DNA of 64,000 nucleotides, taken from NCBI GenBank assembly GCA_051530055.1, contig CM121342.1:7510691-7574690 (forward strand), written 5' to 3'. The stretch is from Neoechinorhynchus agilis. Its lineage: Eukaryota; Animalia; Acanthocephala. Both the position numbers and the translations under genes were made by a program. Shown piece after piece: positions 12,250 through 23,630 of this stretch. Under the pieces are notes generated by a model. The model did not search any database. It had not been told where the DNA came from and was given only the letters and a program-made list of their open reading frames with translations. Position 1 is the stretch's first letter; each line of letters starts with the position of its first letter.

Positions 12250-12560
12250 ATTATTCGGTGTCCTCGTCCTCAATTGTCGCCCGAATGCTTGCAGTGTTGC
12301 CTCTCAACACGGCGATACTGATATTTTGAACCGGTTATAACCTGAGGGCGTCGCTTCAGATCTTTTAGGAGTTGAAGAGCCTCGCTACCAAGAGAACCGT
12401 TCGGGGTATTTCGTCGTTTTCCGTCTTTCGGCAGCGCTCAACCACCGAGAACATGAGATTGCTGGCCTCGAGTGTATCGACGCAGTGGCGTCCTACTCCC
12501 GCCACGGAAATGCGGTCCCCCCATGAGGTCTACGCCCGTCGTCCGTACCGAGGTTTCAAT
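12250..12560 (-). mobile_element. Degenerate CRE-type RLE endonuclease / 3' end fragment
   Basis: Minus-strand frames give DGRRPHGGTAFPW, (W)DAT-CVDTLEASNL, AAERRKTTKY, GSLGSEALQLL and QNISIAVLRGNTASIRATIEDED, joined across indels. Confidence 0.75.
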
Positions 12561-12961
12561 GTAAAAACTGTTGATTGGTTTTGACGAAAACCCCAATCCT
12601 AAGTTAAAGAAACAACCTGATCGCCGCCATAAAACCAAAGGGCAGTTTTTACATTTATATAACTTTTCCCTTCGTCACCTTAAAAACCGTCAAATATGAA
12701 AAATCCCCCGGTTCAATTATGTGATTTGTGTCATTTTAGTGATTCAGAAAAGATGGCTTATCTTATCCTGTGTCATATGCTAGATGCACATACCTCAGGA
12801 AAGATGTGAAGGATTAGAGATATACTGCACTTTCCTTCTCCACAACCCCATAGAGTTGTCATGTCATCATTTTCCTCCCCGAAAAAGGAGTAAGTGTGGG
12901 GGAGATGTAACCAGCGAATGGGTGTGCTGTCGTTTCGCTATAGGCTAAAACCTCCAGCCGT

Positions 12962-15580
12962 ATGTTCTGGAGATTATCTTTGGATCGTGTTGCACTTTAC
13001 CAACTTGACATTATACGTCTTCTTCTAAACGTTTTCCTGCTGTCCACATATCGGACTGCATCAGCACCTTCAACACTCGAACAATGTTGCACCAAAGGAA
13101 TTGAACTGATCAAAACTGATCCACATGCCGATTGCAACATCCTTCGGTCTTTGGAAAGTAATTGTGGTCCTTATGCTTTTGTCTGTTGTACATCTGAGAA
13201 GCGAAATACATTGTGTGATGCCGGAAAACGAATGGCTGTAGCTGGAACAAGTTCTTGTCATATTGAAGGTGATGAAAAAGACGATGAAGATAGAGTTAGA
13301 GAACAGTGTTGTGATTGCTGTTTGGATGGTATAGTTAATTCGCTACCAGGAACTGATTGCTCCTTATTGTTAAGAACTATTAGTAGACCGCGAATACAAC
13401 ATCAGAATTCAATCACTTCATGTAACCAAATTTATGTTGAATGCTGCAAAAATGCGAAAAGTATTAGAGAATCAAGACCAATGTGTCCTAAAGGATTCGT
13501 GTATAGTGAAAAGAGTGGACAGTGCAAAGATGAAGATGAGTGTAGGGTGAAGTAGCAGTTTTTAAAGGTCCCAGCTTAAATGGTTTGGGGCTCCCTTTAC
13601 CCGAATTTAACTCGCGAATATCCATTTCGGCTTTTTTTTGTACATTTAACCTAAAAACACACACATTCGCACGCTTTTTCCGGTTTAATCTTAATGTCTA
13701 CTCTTAAAATGGTTTCGCTTAATTATTTTAAGTAGTTTATTTATTTTTAAATCGCATACACTCAGGGTTTTAACGGCATATCTTTGGAAGCCTCTTGGCT
13801 AACTCACACACCTCGGAAGCGCTCAGCCGTACTCGAATTGACGGGATCTCAAAACCTAACCCTTGCCCTTACCGCAACCACACAACCCACCCCCCCCAAC
13901 GTGGAACCCAGCGACTAGTGGACTTGAACCAGTGACCAATCGAGCGCATTTTGAACGCGCTCATAAGTAGATTTTGCGTATTAGAAGACATGATTTTTTT
14001 AACCTCTCAGATCAGACGGCTACTCCACTGATAGTTTAATGCTCCACAACTGTACGGATGGCTATCGCTGCGAGAACACTCTTGGATCGTTTAAGTGTGT
14101 AAGAGAACGGCATTGTGGCACTGGTTACACCGTTCAACACGAATCACAAAGTTGTGTTGACATTGACGAATGTGAGAACGGTCTCCACAATTGTGGTCGA
14201 GGTCTCGTATGCCATAATGTCCCAGGAACTTTCAAATGTATCCAACCACAATGTCCACCTGATCAGCGATTCGACACTAAAATAGGAGCTTGTCTTCGTA
14301 TTAAATGTCCTTCAGGATTTGAGCTCCGTATAAGTAACGTCGGTGGTACGGCTCGGTGTCATGATATCGACGAATGTAACAAATCAAATCCATGTAGTCC
14401 ACATCAGACATGCATTAATACTTTGGGTTCGTTTAGATGTGATGGAGCGAGTGAGCCAACTTCATGCCCGGATGGATACACTTTAAGAGCCGGTCAATGT
14501 GTGGATATTGACGAATGTGTACAAGGTATGGACGGTGGAACGAAACGAGCTTGTCCGGAGGGAACAAGATGCATAAATACTGATGGCTCTTATGAGTGTT
14601 TATGTGAACGAAACGGATACGAATATAGAGACGGTCAATGTTTAGACGTAAATGAATGTGTAGCTTCATCGCCTCCTTGTCCTCCAGGTTCACATTGTCG
14701 TAATTTAAACGGTTCATTCGAATGCATTTGTTCTAGAGGTTTCATTTGGAACTATGGAACTCATGATTGTGATGATATAGACGAATGCAAACTAAGTCCA
14801 TCTAAATGTGAACACCAATGTGTTAATCTGAGAGGATCTTATTTTTGTCTGTGTAAACCGGGATTTCAGTTGATGCAAGATGGACGATCCTGTACTACAA
14901 ATGCTCTGAGTTTGTTTTTGTCTTTCCAAAAGTGAGACCAGAGCGTTCGTGATAAACCGATCGATCAAGTCTCAGCTGATTGTCCGAACGGATACGTGAA
15001 TGAAGGAGGTTCATGTCGAGACCTGGACGAATGTGCTGAACGAAGATCTTTGTGTAACAATGAAGAAGTTTGCGTTAACATTCGAGGCGGATTCAGATGT
15101 GAACGTGTTCATTGCCCACAAGGATACGTTAAAATCACTCCAACCCATTGCCAATGGTCAGACTATGCTATACATAAAGGACATTGCCCAGATGAACGTA
15201 TTCTACCACCATATATGCCCATTTCACACTTTTATTCCTTTGTTTCGATTCCAAGCGATTTAACGTCTTTACCAACTACGATTTTTATAGTGAAAATCAA
15301 CCCACGATCAGCGGGATATTCGAGAACTTCAATGCCAATTTTTACGCTAAAATTAGACGCCCAGTGGTCGTACGCCTTTAAACTGATTATTCGATCCAAC
15401 AGTCCGAGAAAAGCTGAGTTGTTACTCACGAGACCGATACACGGCCCGCAGATATTGCCTATAGACATCATTACGGAATTCTCAAGTCATGAAGGAAATG
15501 AGGAAAATGTGAGGCATGAAGAACAATGGATTCATAGTGTTGCACATTTGACCGTATTTGTCAGTGAGCATGAGTTTTGA
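12962..15580 (+). CDS. FBLN1: Fibulin (fibulin-1/2-like): anaphylatoxin-like modules, tandem calcium-binding EGF repeats and a fibulin C-terminal domain
   Basis: CC...C / CCDCC..G / CC modules in 12962-13555, repeated DIDEC/DVNEC cbEGF units in 14039-14935 and 14996-15140, and a C-terminal beta-sandwich ending LTVFVSEHEF. Introns at ~13550-14010 and ~14892-14950. Confidence 0.88.
13895..13975 (-). repeat. tRNA-like / SINE fragment inside the fibulin intron
   Basis: Minus strand has B-box-like GGTTCAAGTCC in a CACTGGTTCAAGTCCACTAGTG context, preceded by the hairpin GAGCGC-gttcaaaat-GCGCTC. No A box or complete cloverleaf. Confidence 0.4.
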
Positions 15581-16859
15581 ACGTATTTTTAAATTTTTTT
15601 ACAGATTTCATCAAGATTCGAGTTAAAATTTACACACACACAAAAGAGTCATCAAATGATGTGTAGTAAAATTTTTCATGTAAATCGGGACGGACCTAGC
15701 GAATGCAAATGGAATCGAACTTCTATTCTGCAATTGTTAGCAAAATGGATCCGGCTTGAAACATTTATTTTCATTCACTATCAACTTACGCATTTACAAA
15801 AAGATTGAGGTTACATTTGACTGATTAAGGGGAAAAGTAATCGCTTTTTTTGTACTAAATCTCAACTCATTTCTATTGCCGAACAACAGCAAATTATAAT
15901 TTGAATAATTATCAGTACGATTGTAGAAAAATCGTCTTTTTTCGAACTGCTCGTTTCTAATTTTTTTTAGTTTCAAGTTTTCATTAGTGGTATAAACGCA
16001 AAATACAATAAATAGTGTGTGTGGATGTCGGCGATCTAACTTCAGCCTAAAATCAGAGCTATGCCGGTCGCTGCTACGTTTGCCGGACTAGGCTCAAGGG
16101 CTCAGATGACAGTCCTCAACCATAATGAAGATTCGGCGACGAATACGCGAAGGTTAAAAAACGACGGACCCCGACGGATTAACACCGCGACGACCGCTGC
16201 AATCATCGTCTCAACTTCTATTCAAAGACTCAGAGCCTGCCAGAAAAAAAACACGAAGGTGAGCAACGTTGCATAGAAAAATTAGTGATTATTTTCAACA
16301 GTAAAGCTGCTTTAAGAACACATCACATTGGGGGGTTTCGGTTATCTCTAAAAATATCTCGTATCAAAATGGTGTCCGGTCCCAATTAATTCGCGCATAA
16401 ACGATGTTTTACTGTATTTAAGTTTTCGTATAAATCATCTAAACACGAATTTGCGTGTTACTGATTTGTTTTAAAGTTTATAGCAGCAGACATATTGAAC
16501 GATTGACACCCTGGATCACTGCATTTAGATGCCTATTGATTATTTGTTTAAGAATCATGTCCAATCAAATAACCGTCTTTAGAATTCCGGCTAAGCAATC
16601 GGATCTAGGATAACCGTAAAAGATCTCCCCTTTTCTTTTATGAATGGAAAGCAATACAATGAACCAAGATAACCTTCCGAATGGGCCGAGAAATATTAAT
16701 GGAGTACAGTCCGACCTACGACGAAGGATAAATAAGATGGTTGGAAACTATAAACTGAAGAAAGAAGCAAAGAAAGACGGGAGATCATCCACCAAACACC
16801 AGGAAATAACCAGTGTCCCTGTCTGAGAAAGTTCCGAGCCCAAAACGGATTGTTCAAGC

Positions 16860-18130
16860 ATACGGTTATAGGTTTCTACCAAGATCTCTCCGGATCCTCA
16901 GGAACCTCCCGATGAGACGGGAATCATCAGTGAGTTTCCTCCACTCAACGAGATATTTCGTCCCCTTTGGTTGTGAGTGTCATCGGCGATCGTAGATTTC
17001 AAACCAGTTGACCAGAGAAGCCGAGTAAAGGATGTTCTAAAAACACTTAATTAATATAACCGACTTACCTCCTAAGCTTTAAAACTGGATTGGATTTTAG
17101 ACCCGAATCCCTGTTTCAGGGTTAAAGGCTTATAATCCAAGGTCGCCTATGACTCACACGGCTGAAGGGGACGAAATACCGTCAAAAGGTATCCCGAGGA
17201 TCCGGAGGCATTCCCATAACGGCGTCGTATGGTCCAGCAGGGTAGCTCCGTGCCTTTAAAGGAAAAAAGCCGAGTAAAAAAACTCACAAAACCTAATATA
17301 ACCGACTTGATAGAAGACATAAGAGAAAATATTTGATTGAAATATTTCGAAAGAAGATAAAAATGCATAATATAGATATTTTCTTTCCATACACGCCGAA
17401 TGGACACCCGAAGTCCACCTATCCATTGGTCTGGGAAGCGCTGGTCTGCGCTCAATGCTCCAAGACCGTACGGTAAATGAGTTTGTAAGAATCCCTCTGG
17501 ATTCTCCGATATCTCCCGAGGAGGCCGGACTCATCAGTGAGTTTCCTCCCTTCAGCAAGCAATTTCGTTCCTTTTGATGTGCGTCTTTGGTGGTAACGGA
17601 TTTGAACCCGTTGACCCTTAGCTGGGACTCGGAGCATTAGTCCACTTGACCACCTCAACACACTACGGAATGTACAAACTTCGCCACTTTATCCTGGATA
17701 AGCTTTCCGATTTTTTTAGAATTTTTATATGTGGCTCAGCCGGTAGTCTTTTGATTAGATATTTTCTTTCCATACACAGCCGAATGGACACCCGCAGTCC
17801 ACCTATTCATTGGTCTGGAAAGCGCTGGTATGCGCTCAATGCTCCAAGACCGTACGGTAAATGAGTTTGTAAGAATCCCTCTGGATTCTCCGATATCTCC
17901 CGAGGAGGTGGGACTCAGTGAGTTTCCTCCATTCAGCAAGCAATTTCGTTCCTTTTGATGTGCGTTTTTGGTGGTAACGGATTTGAACCCGTTGACCCTT
18001 AACTGGGACTCGGAGCATTAGTCAACTTGACCACGGCTCAGCCGGTATACTGAGCGCAGACCAGCGCTTCCCAGGCCGAAATCGGTGGACTGCAGATGTG
18101 CAATCGGCCGAATATGGAAGGAATAAGACT
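16860..18130 (-). mobile_element. Cluster of related non-autonomous repeats with tRNA-like head, hammerhead-like core and AT-rich tail; tandem and inverted copies
   Basis: Near-identical tandem units at ~17390-17660 and ~17755-18035, diverged copy at 16870-17070, inverted partial copies at 17100-17210 and 18045-18125. Confidence 0.75.
17588..17659 (-). promoter_or_regulatory. tRNA-derived Pol III promoter head (A box TGGTCAAGTGG, B box GGTTCAAATCC), SINE-like
   Basis: Minus strand GTTGAGGTGGTCAAGTGGACTAATGCTCCGAGTCCCAGCTAAGGGTCAACGGGTTCAAATCCGTTACCACCA. The acceptor halves do not pair in tRNA register. Second copy at ~17969-18033 and a head remnant at ~22130-22175. Confidence 0.7.
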
Positions 18131-18303
18131 ACCAACTGAGCAACATAAAATTTCTAAAAATGCTTGAGTTATTTTACATTGGTACCGTGCGATACGGAAG
18201 AATCTACAACCTGTGACGTAATACATCAAAACGCACTGTCTATGCTGCACAGACGTTAAAATTGTCTGCACCTTGTAAAGAATATCGGAAATTTTTTTAG
18301 AAA

Positions 18304-18864
18304 ATGATTCCCGCGTGTATTATACGCCTTTTCTCGAATACGACAAGGTTTGACATTTCACATTGAACGAGTGTGTGCGATCACTGATCTTTACCGATAA
18401 AGAAAATCGGTTAGAGTGATATTTGTTGGAAATGCTAGCGGCAAACAAGTTGTTGAGGCCAATGAAGGTGATAATTTGATGCGTGTAGCTCAGAAGAATG
18501 GAATCAATATCGAAGGTGTGGTTTAAAAGCGCAAATCAGAACGGGATAATAATTTCTTGGTTTTTGAGGAGCGTGTGAAGGCAGTCTTGCTTGTTCCACT
18601 TGTCATGTTTATATTGAGCCGAAAGTGTATTCGCGTCTGCAACCAGCCAGTGAAGAGTTTGTTGATCAAGTTTTTCTTTAAATAAAGCCTAAGAATCGAT
18701 TTAGGGAAGAAGATATGCTCGATATGGCTGTTTTTGTAAAAGATAATTCTCGACTAAGTTGCCAAATCGATTTAAGTGCAGATGATATGGATGGAATGAC
18801 TGTTGAACTCCCTCCTGGGACTCGGAATTTATACGTTGACGGTCATGTTCCAAAACCACATTAA
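18304..18864 (+). CDS. FDX2: Mitochondrial 2Fe-2S ferredoxin (adrenodoxin family, FDX2-like), 4 exons
   Basis: Spliced product has EGACEGSLACSTCHV, EEDMLD, SRLSCQI and terminal YVDGHVPKPH. GT-AG introns include 18516-18568 and 18657-18704. Confidence 0.92.
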
Positions 18865-18944
18865 ATTTTTAAGTGTTTTGCTCGATTTCAGAAGCGAACG
18901 AAAAATAATAATTATATCGGTATTTTTTTAATAAAAAATATTAG

Positions 18945-19221
18945 CGAGGAAAAGAAGCGGCGTAAGTACACTCATCGCTCGATGAGCATCAATACGTATT
19001 CATCCCGATTGCGGCGGAAACGCTTGGATGCCTCGGAAAAGAAGCCGATTATCTCCTTTTCCCGACTGGGAAAGATGCTAAAACATGCCACCGGCGATAT
19101 GCGCTCCAGCAGCTTCCTGATGCAGCGAATCAGCGCGACCATCCAACGCGGCCATCAAGGAATGACGACAGTTGCAAAATTGGACGAAAAGGAGGAATTT
19201 GTGAACGAAAAGCAAGTGTAA
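18945..19221 (+). mobile_element. CRE-type RLE 3' fragment (second family)
   Basis: EEKKRRKY...YVFIPIAAETLGCLGKEA..LL then LGKMLKHATGDMRSSSFLMQRISATIQRG, read across frameshifts. Confidence 0.75.
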
Positions 19222-19246
19222 TTTGTTAATTTTGAAAATGCCTAGC

Positions 19247-19350
19247 CGTCCTCGTCCTCAATTGTCGCCCGAACGCTTGCAATGTTGTCTCTCAACACGA
19301 CGATGCTGATGTTTTGAGCCAGGTATTGACCAAGGCGTCGCTTCAGATCA
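19247..19350 (-). mobile_element. CRE-type 3' terminal fragment, close copy of 12255-12365
   Basis: gtcctcgtcctcaattgtcgcccgaa.gcttgca.tgttg.ctctcaacacg.cgat.ctgat.ttttga...ggcgtcgcttcagatc is shared with ~12259-12362. Confidence 0.8.
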
Positions 19351-20197
19351 AGAAAAAATAGACTTTTAATTTAAGATGAAATCAAAATAACAAATTTGAG
19401 AAAAGTGAGAGCATTAAAATTTGATTGGAATGTCCTCTTTTCCTTTAATGAAAATCAGAACAATTTAATGGTTAATGAGAATTGTTCCAATCGATAAAAA
19501 CCACGAGAATAAAAGCGAAATTCAGTGTATAGCTTCAAACTTTGATGAATGCGAAATATTCCGTTCTTATATTCTTTCTATCCAATTCGGTCTCTATCCT
19601 CATTCAATGGCCATTCTTGTGTATGCGATCCATTGGTGATCCCAATAAGAAGAACCCGAAATTGATATGATTTCGCAGTGGAGAGACATACGTTCAAGAG
19701 GAAATAACGCTCAAACCCAAACCATCTTAGAATAGTTTATTGCGGTCAACCAGAACAATTGCGCTACAAACACCGCCGAAAATTCGTCGTTAGAGCCCAT
19801 AATATTCCGAAATAAAAACCGCTTGATTCAAAGTCTTTTTTTGAAAGCATTCGGTTTAGAAATAATCCAACAAATCATCGCTGGAGAAAATCCTTCGGGT
19901 TAGTCAAAGTTTATAATTTGCCAAGGTAAAAAATGGACTCCATCAAAATGAAAGGAAAATCGGGATTTTCCTTTGATGAACCTAAACTCTAAGATGGGCA
20001 TGAACATCAAAGTTTCTCAATTCCGAAAACGTTTTGATAGACATCTGAAGAAGCTCCGATTTAACACATTGAGCGGTTCTTGGTTTGAGCTTCAAAATGT
20101 AGCCGTCACTTCAAATTTGCACACTAATTTTTGTGCCACCGTCCACGACGTCAATATGCGCACTAAACGTGACCGCTAAATACCTGCTAGTTTTTTA

Positions 20198-21770
20198 GTG
20201 GGCTACGATCGTTTTTTGGCGTTTATGGATTTAGAATTCAAACAGCCACAGCGTCTAAGGAGGGTCAAGTCCGCGGACTTTCCGGAATCTCCGTACAAAG
20301 AACCAATGAGATCGATATCGATTGAACGCGATGTGCCTTTGGATATCAAGTCACATGAATGCCAATATTCCTCGGACGTGAGCAAGCATCAGAATCGGAA
20401 ACATAAAGAACGACCAATGAATGTAATCAATATACGATCGGATCCACAAAAAAGTCCCATTCCGAAGCCGGATCCCCGTTCAAAACGAAGAACACTCAGG
20501 TCTCCAAAGGCAGGTAGATTGGTTTGCGATGTTTGTGATAAATTCGGCACATATTCTGCCGATAAGTTCTATATTCACATGGCAGCACATCGAAATTTGA
20601 AACCGTTCAAGTGTTCATATTGCGGTCAACGAGCAAACTATAAGTCCGATGTACAAAAGCACATCAGAAATAGAAAAAGTATGAAGCACATGACGGCGTT
20701 GTTCAGATTTTGCCCGAAGTTGAAGCACGAGCAACAATCGATGATTATATATTGGAAAGACATCGTCAGTCAACTCAGAGGAGACGAACACAAGTGCAAA
20801 TTCAATCAACTTCATCAGCATCATTGGCCATATTATCGCAAACAGCATCGCGAGTATGTTTTCCGGCTCCAATAAAGCGATCCAATACAACTGATTGCCC
20901 GGTAATTCAAAAAATAGGCAAATCGGACAAGGCCAATTCATCAACTGAAAATAATTTCACCCGTCATTTGTATGGCTATAGATCGTATTATGGTGTATTA
21001 AAGAGAATTAAAGATTTAGTCCCGATGTTCATAGGGTCTTTAGCGACGAACTTGGACTGAATCATAAATGCACGAGATGCTTTTATAGGTGCAATACTAA
21101 AATAGATTTCCATAATCATTTCGAGGAGCACCATAATAATTTTGGTTGTGTTTTGGAAGTTCCTCAAAGTCAATCGTTAGACTACCTTATACTTCCAAGA
21201 TTAATTGCAAGAAAAACATTTTTCATGTACGAAGATACGTTTGGAAACTTGCTGGATAAACCGTTCCTTGCTGGCTTTATTGAATACAACGAGGAATCAT
21301 TTGAACGAGTATTATCTAAGGTAGCCGTCAATGTTCTCAATGCAGTGAATATCGCAAAATCTTCTCCAGAATCTTCGAATGATCACATGGTTCATGCCAA
21401 TAGATGTTTATTTGACTTTCTCGAAGTGTATACTGCAAACGATCCAGTTAGAAGTGACAAGATCAAGGAAGTTAGCCAAGCACTTCAAGAAAAGACAATT
21501 AAAATTGAAAGTTGTGATACTGAAAAGAAGGTTGCATATAGTTGCTCGTCTTGTGTCAGGTTCAGTACGTTCAACGAAGCAGAGGCCGCGACTCATTTGT
21601 TTTTGCACTTACAAAATGGAGGAATTCACTGCTCAAAATGTAATTATTCGTGCAAATTCTACAATCTGGCGATTGTTCATAACATAAAAATGCACGGAAA
21701 TAAGGCGATTATGCGCTTAGTATCACCGGACAAAAATTCAAGGATCATAAAGAGAAGACAAAAGATGTAG
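20198..21770 (+). CDS. Multi-C2H2 zinc-finger protein (multi-exon; apparent frameshift near 20670; 5' end not resolved)
   Basis: CDVCDKF...HMAAH, FKCSYCG...VQKH, HKCTRCFYRC...HFEEHH, YSCSSC...HLFLH and CSKCNYSC...HNIKMH. Confidence 0.8.
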
Positions 21771-22606
21771 AATCTATCGCAATGTTGTTTCAATAAAACG
21801 TTATCGCTGACTTTTGTAATCAATACAAATTGATTTTTAGTTGTCATCTTTTCTACTGCGATCTTTAAAAGTGTAACCATATACTGGTATCGAAAATACT
21901 TTCTAAACGATTACCAATTTGTATTTTAAAAATATAATATCCCTCTTCTCCAGCCTATAGTCCACTAAATTCAACATTTCAAGATTTGAGACTGAGAAGA
22001 GCTCTTTTCCCAGTACATCACCACCATCCAAAAAACAAACCATTTTTTCTAAACTACTTTGAATCTTAGATCTTTGTATCTCGTAGAATACATCCAAATC
22101 TCCTGGTTAGAAATATTCTCCAGGGAATGGATTCCTTAGTCCACTTAACCATCTCTCAACAACTATGGAATGTACATACTCTGCAAGTTTTGATTTTAAA
22201 ATTTGTGCCAATTGAATTATTCTATTTCGGTAACTTTTATTAAGCAGCTATGTGTTGTATATTTTCAGGGCTGATAATTTTCCTTGGACACACAGCCCAT
22301 CACCGATCAGGTTCAAGGATGCGCACAAAAATCAATTAATACTACTGCCAAGAGAAAATCCTTCGGAATGATAGAATCCCGGATAGAAAATATTTTATTG
22401 GGATATTTCGAATGAGGAAGCTTCGCCTCACTTTGGTCCTTACATCTTCAACTACGGTTGATAGATTGTGGACTGACTTCGCAATCTATATTTTGTTTGG
22501 TGATTTTCCCTTTAACAATGTTTCCCCCGTCTCGCCGGACTTCTTCAAGACACATTCATAATAGAAAAACTTACAAGCAACCCGAAGAAGTCCGACGAGA
22601 CGGATG

Positions 22607-23010
22607 ATTTCCCAATCGCATGTTATCTTTTTAATCGATTGTCCCCATTTGAGCAATATAAGCGATTAGAAAACAAATGTTCATTTTGGAAACCGATATT
22701 TCGGCGTTTTACTCCTTTTTCACGGTCATATCGACGATAATCGGTTTGCTCAATAGACTGTTGATCAGTTTGTGGATCATCGACTGATTTCCCAATCGCG
22801 TGTCATCTTTTTTATCGATTGTTCTTATTTGAGCAGGGTCATATCGACGATAATCGGTTTGCTCAATAGACTGTTGATCATTTTGTGGATTATCGACTGA
22901 TTTCCCAATCGCATGTTATCTTTTTTCGAACGATTGTCCTCATTTGAGCAATATAAGCGATTAGAAAACAAATGTTTATCTTGGAAACCGATATTTCGGG
23001 GTTTTACTCC
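22607..23010. repeat. Interleaved direct duplications (~110-bp units, pattern A-B-B-A)
   Basis: gatttcccaatcgc...gagcaatataagcgattagaaaacaaatgt... at ~22607 and ~22898; ggtcatatcgacgataatcggtttgctcaatagactgttgatca... at ~22724 and ~22836. Confidence 0.85.
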
Positions 23011-23630
23011 TCTTCGGATCCTTCAAAAGATGCACCATTGTTGCAAGTTAATTACGAGCGACAACGTATATAAAATGTGTTACCTTTCTTCCGTGTGAAG
23101 ACGCTGAGCTTCAATGGAAATTATCATGTAGAGGCATAGGAATAGACTTCAAGTATAAATCATTTTCACTTTTTCCGAAATCTTGTCATGGTTGGCTAAG
23201 TTTTGTTCATGAAAATGAACGCTTTAAAGAAAAGGGGTTATTAGAACTTTCCGCTTGGATTTCGCTACTCCGTGCATTTTTTGTAGATTCCAGCCTTAAG
23301 CCGTAAGACGACTAAAGCTCAGAAATAAGCGTCCACTAAAACAAAATCTGATTTATTTTTTCTAAAACTAATTGAGTTTCGTTTTAAGGCTTAAAATGAG
23401 CCTCCTCTATTGATTAATAAAGATGCCACATCGACGTCACTGTTGTTGTTATTGTTTACGCTACGTGTGTACGAATGACGTCATCGAGCATACCTTCGAC
23501 GTCACTAGGTTTGGGTATTGACCATTGAAGACAACGGAAACGTCAAATCGGATAACATGGCGAGAACCACTCTCCTAAAAAATGACCGTTTTCATCACCT
23601 GTTCACATCATTAACACATAGAGAATCACC

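Noticed and set aside
14933-14935. Stop-codon readthrough or selenocysteine at the in-frame TGA in fibulin (similarly TAG/TGA in beta-COP at 27423-27428)
   Set aside because: The surrounding sequence is intron-like (T-rich), beta-COP has two different stops, and other genes use TGA, TAA and TAG as normal terminators.
16061-16276. GC-richer fragment with weak similarity to 24255-24300 (minus)
   Set aside because: Only ~30 bp of loose similarity and no assignable domain.
17588-17659. Functional tRNA gene
   Set aside because: Acceptor halves do not pair in register, the T-loop has an extra base, no clear anticodon stem, and it is embedded in a multicopy repeat.
17147-18271. ORFs of 60-102 aa within the repeat cluster (and 29123-29993)
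   Set aside because: They are repeated translations of non-coding repeat copies, with frames broken differently in each copy.
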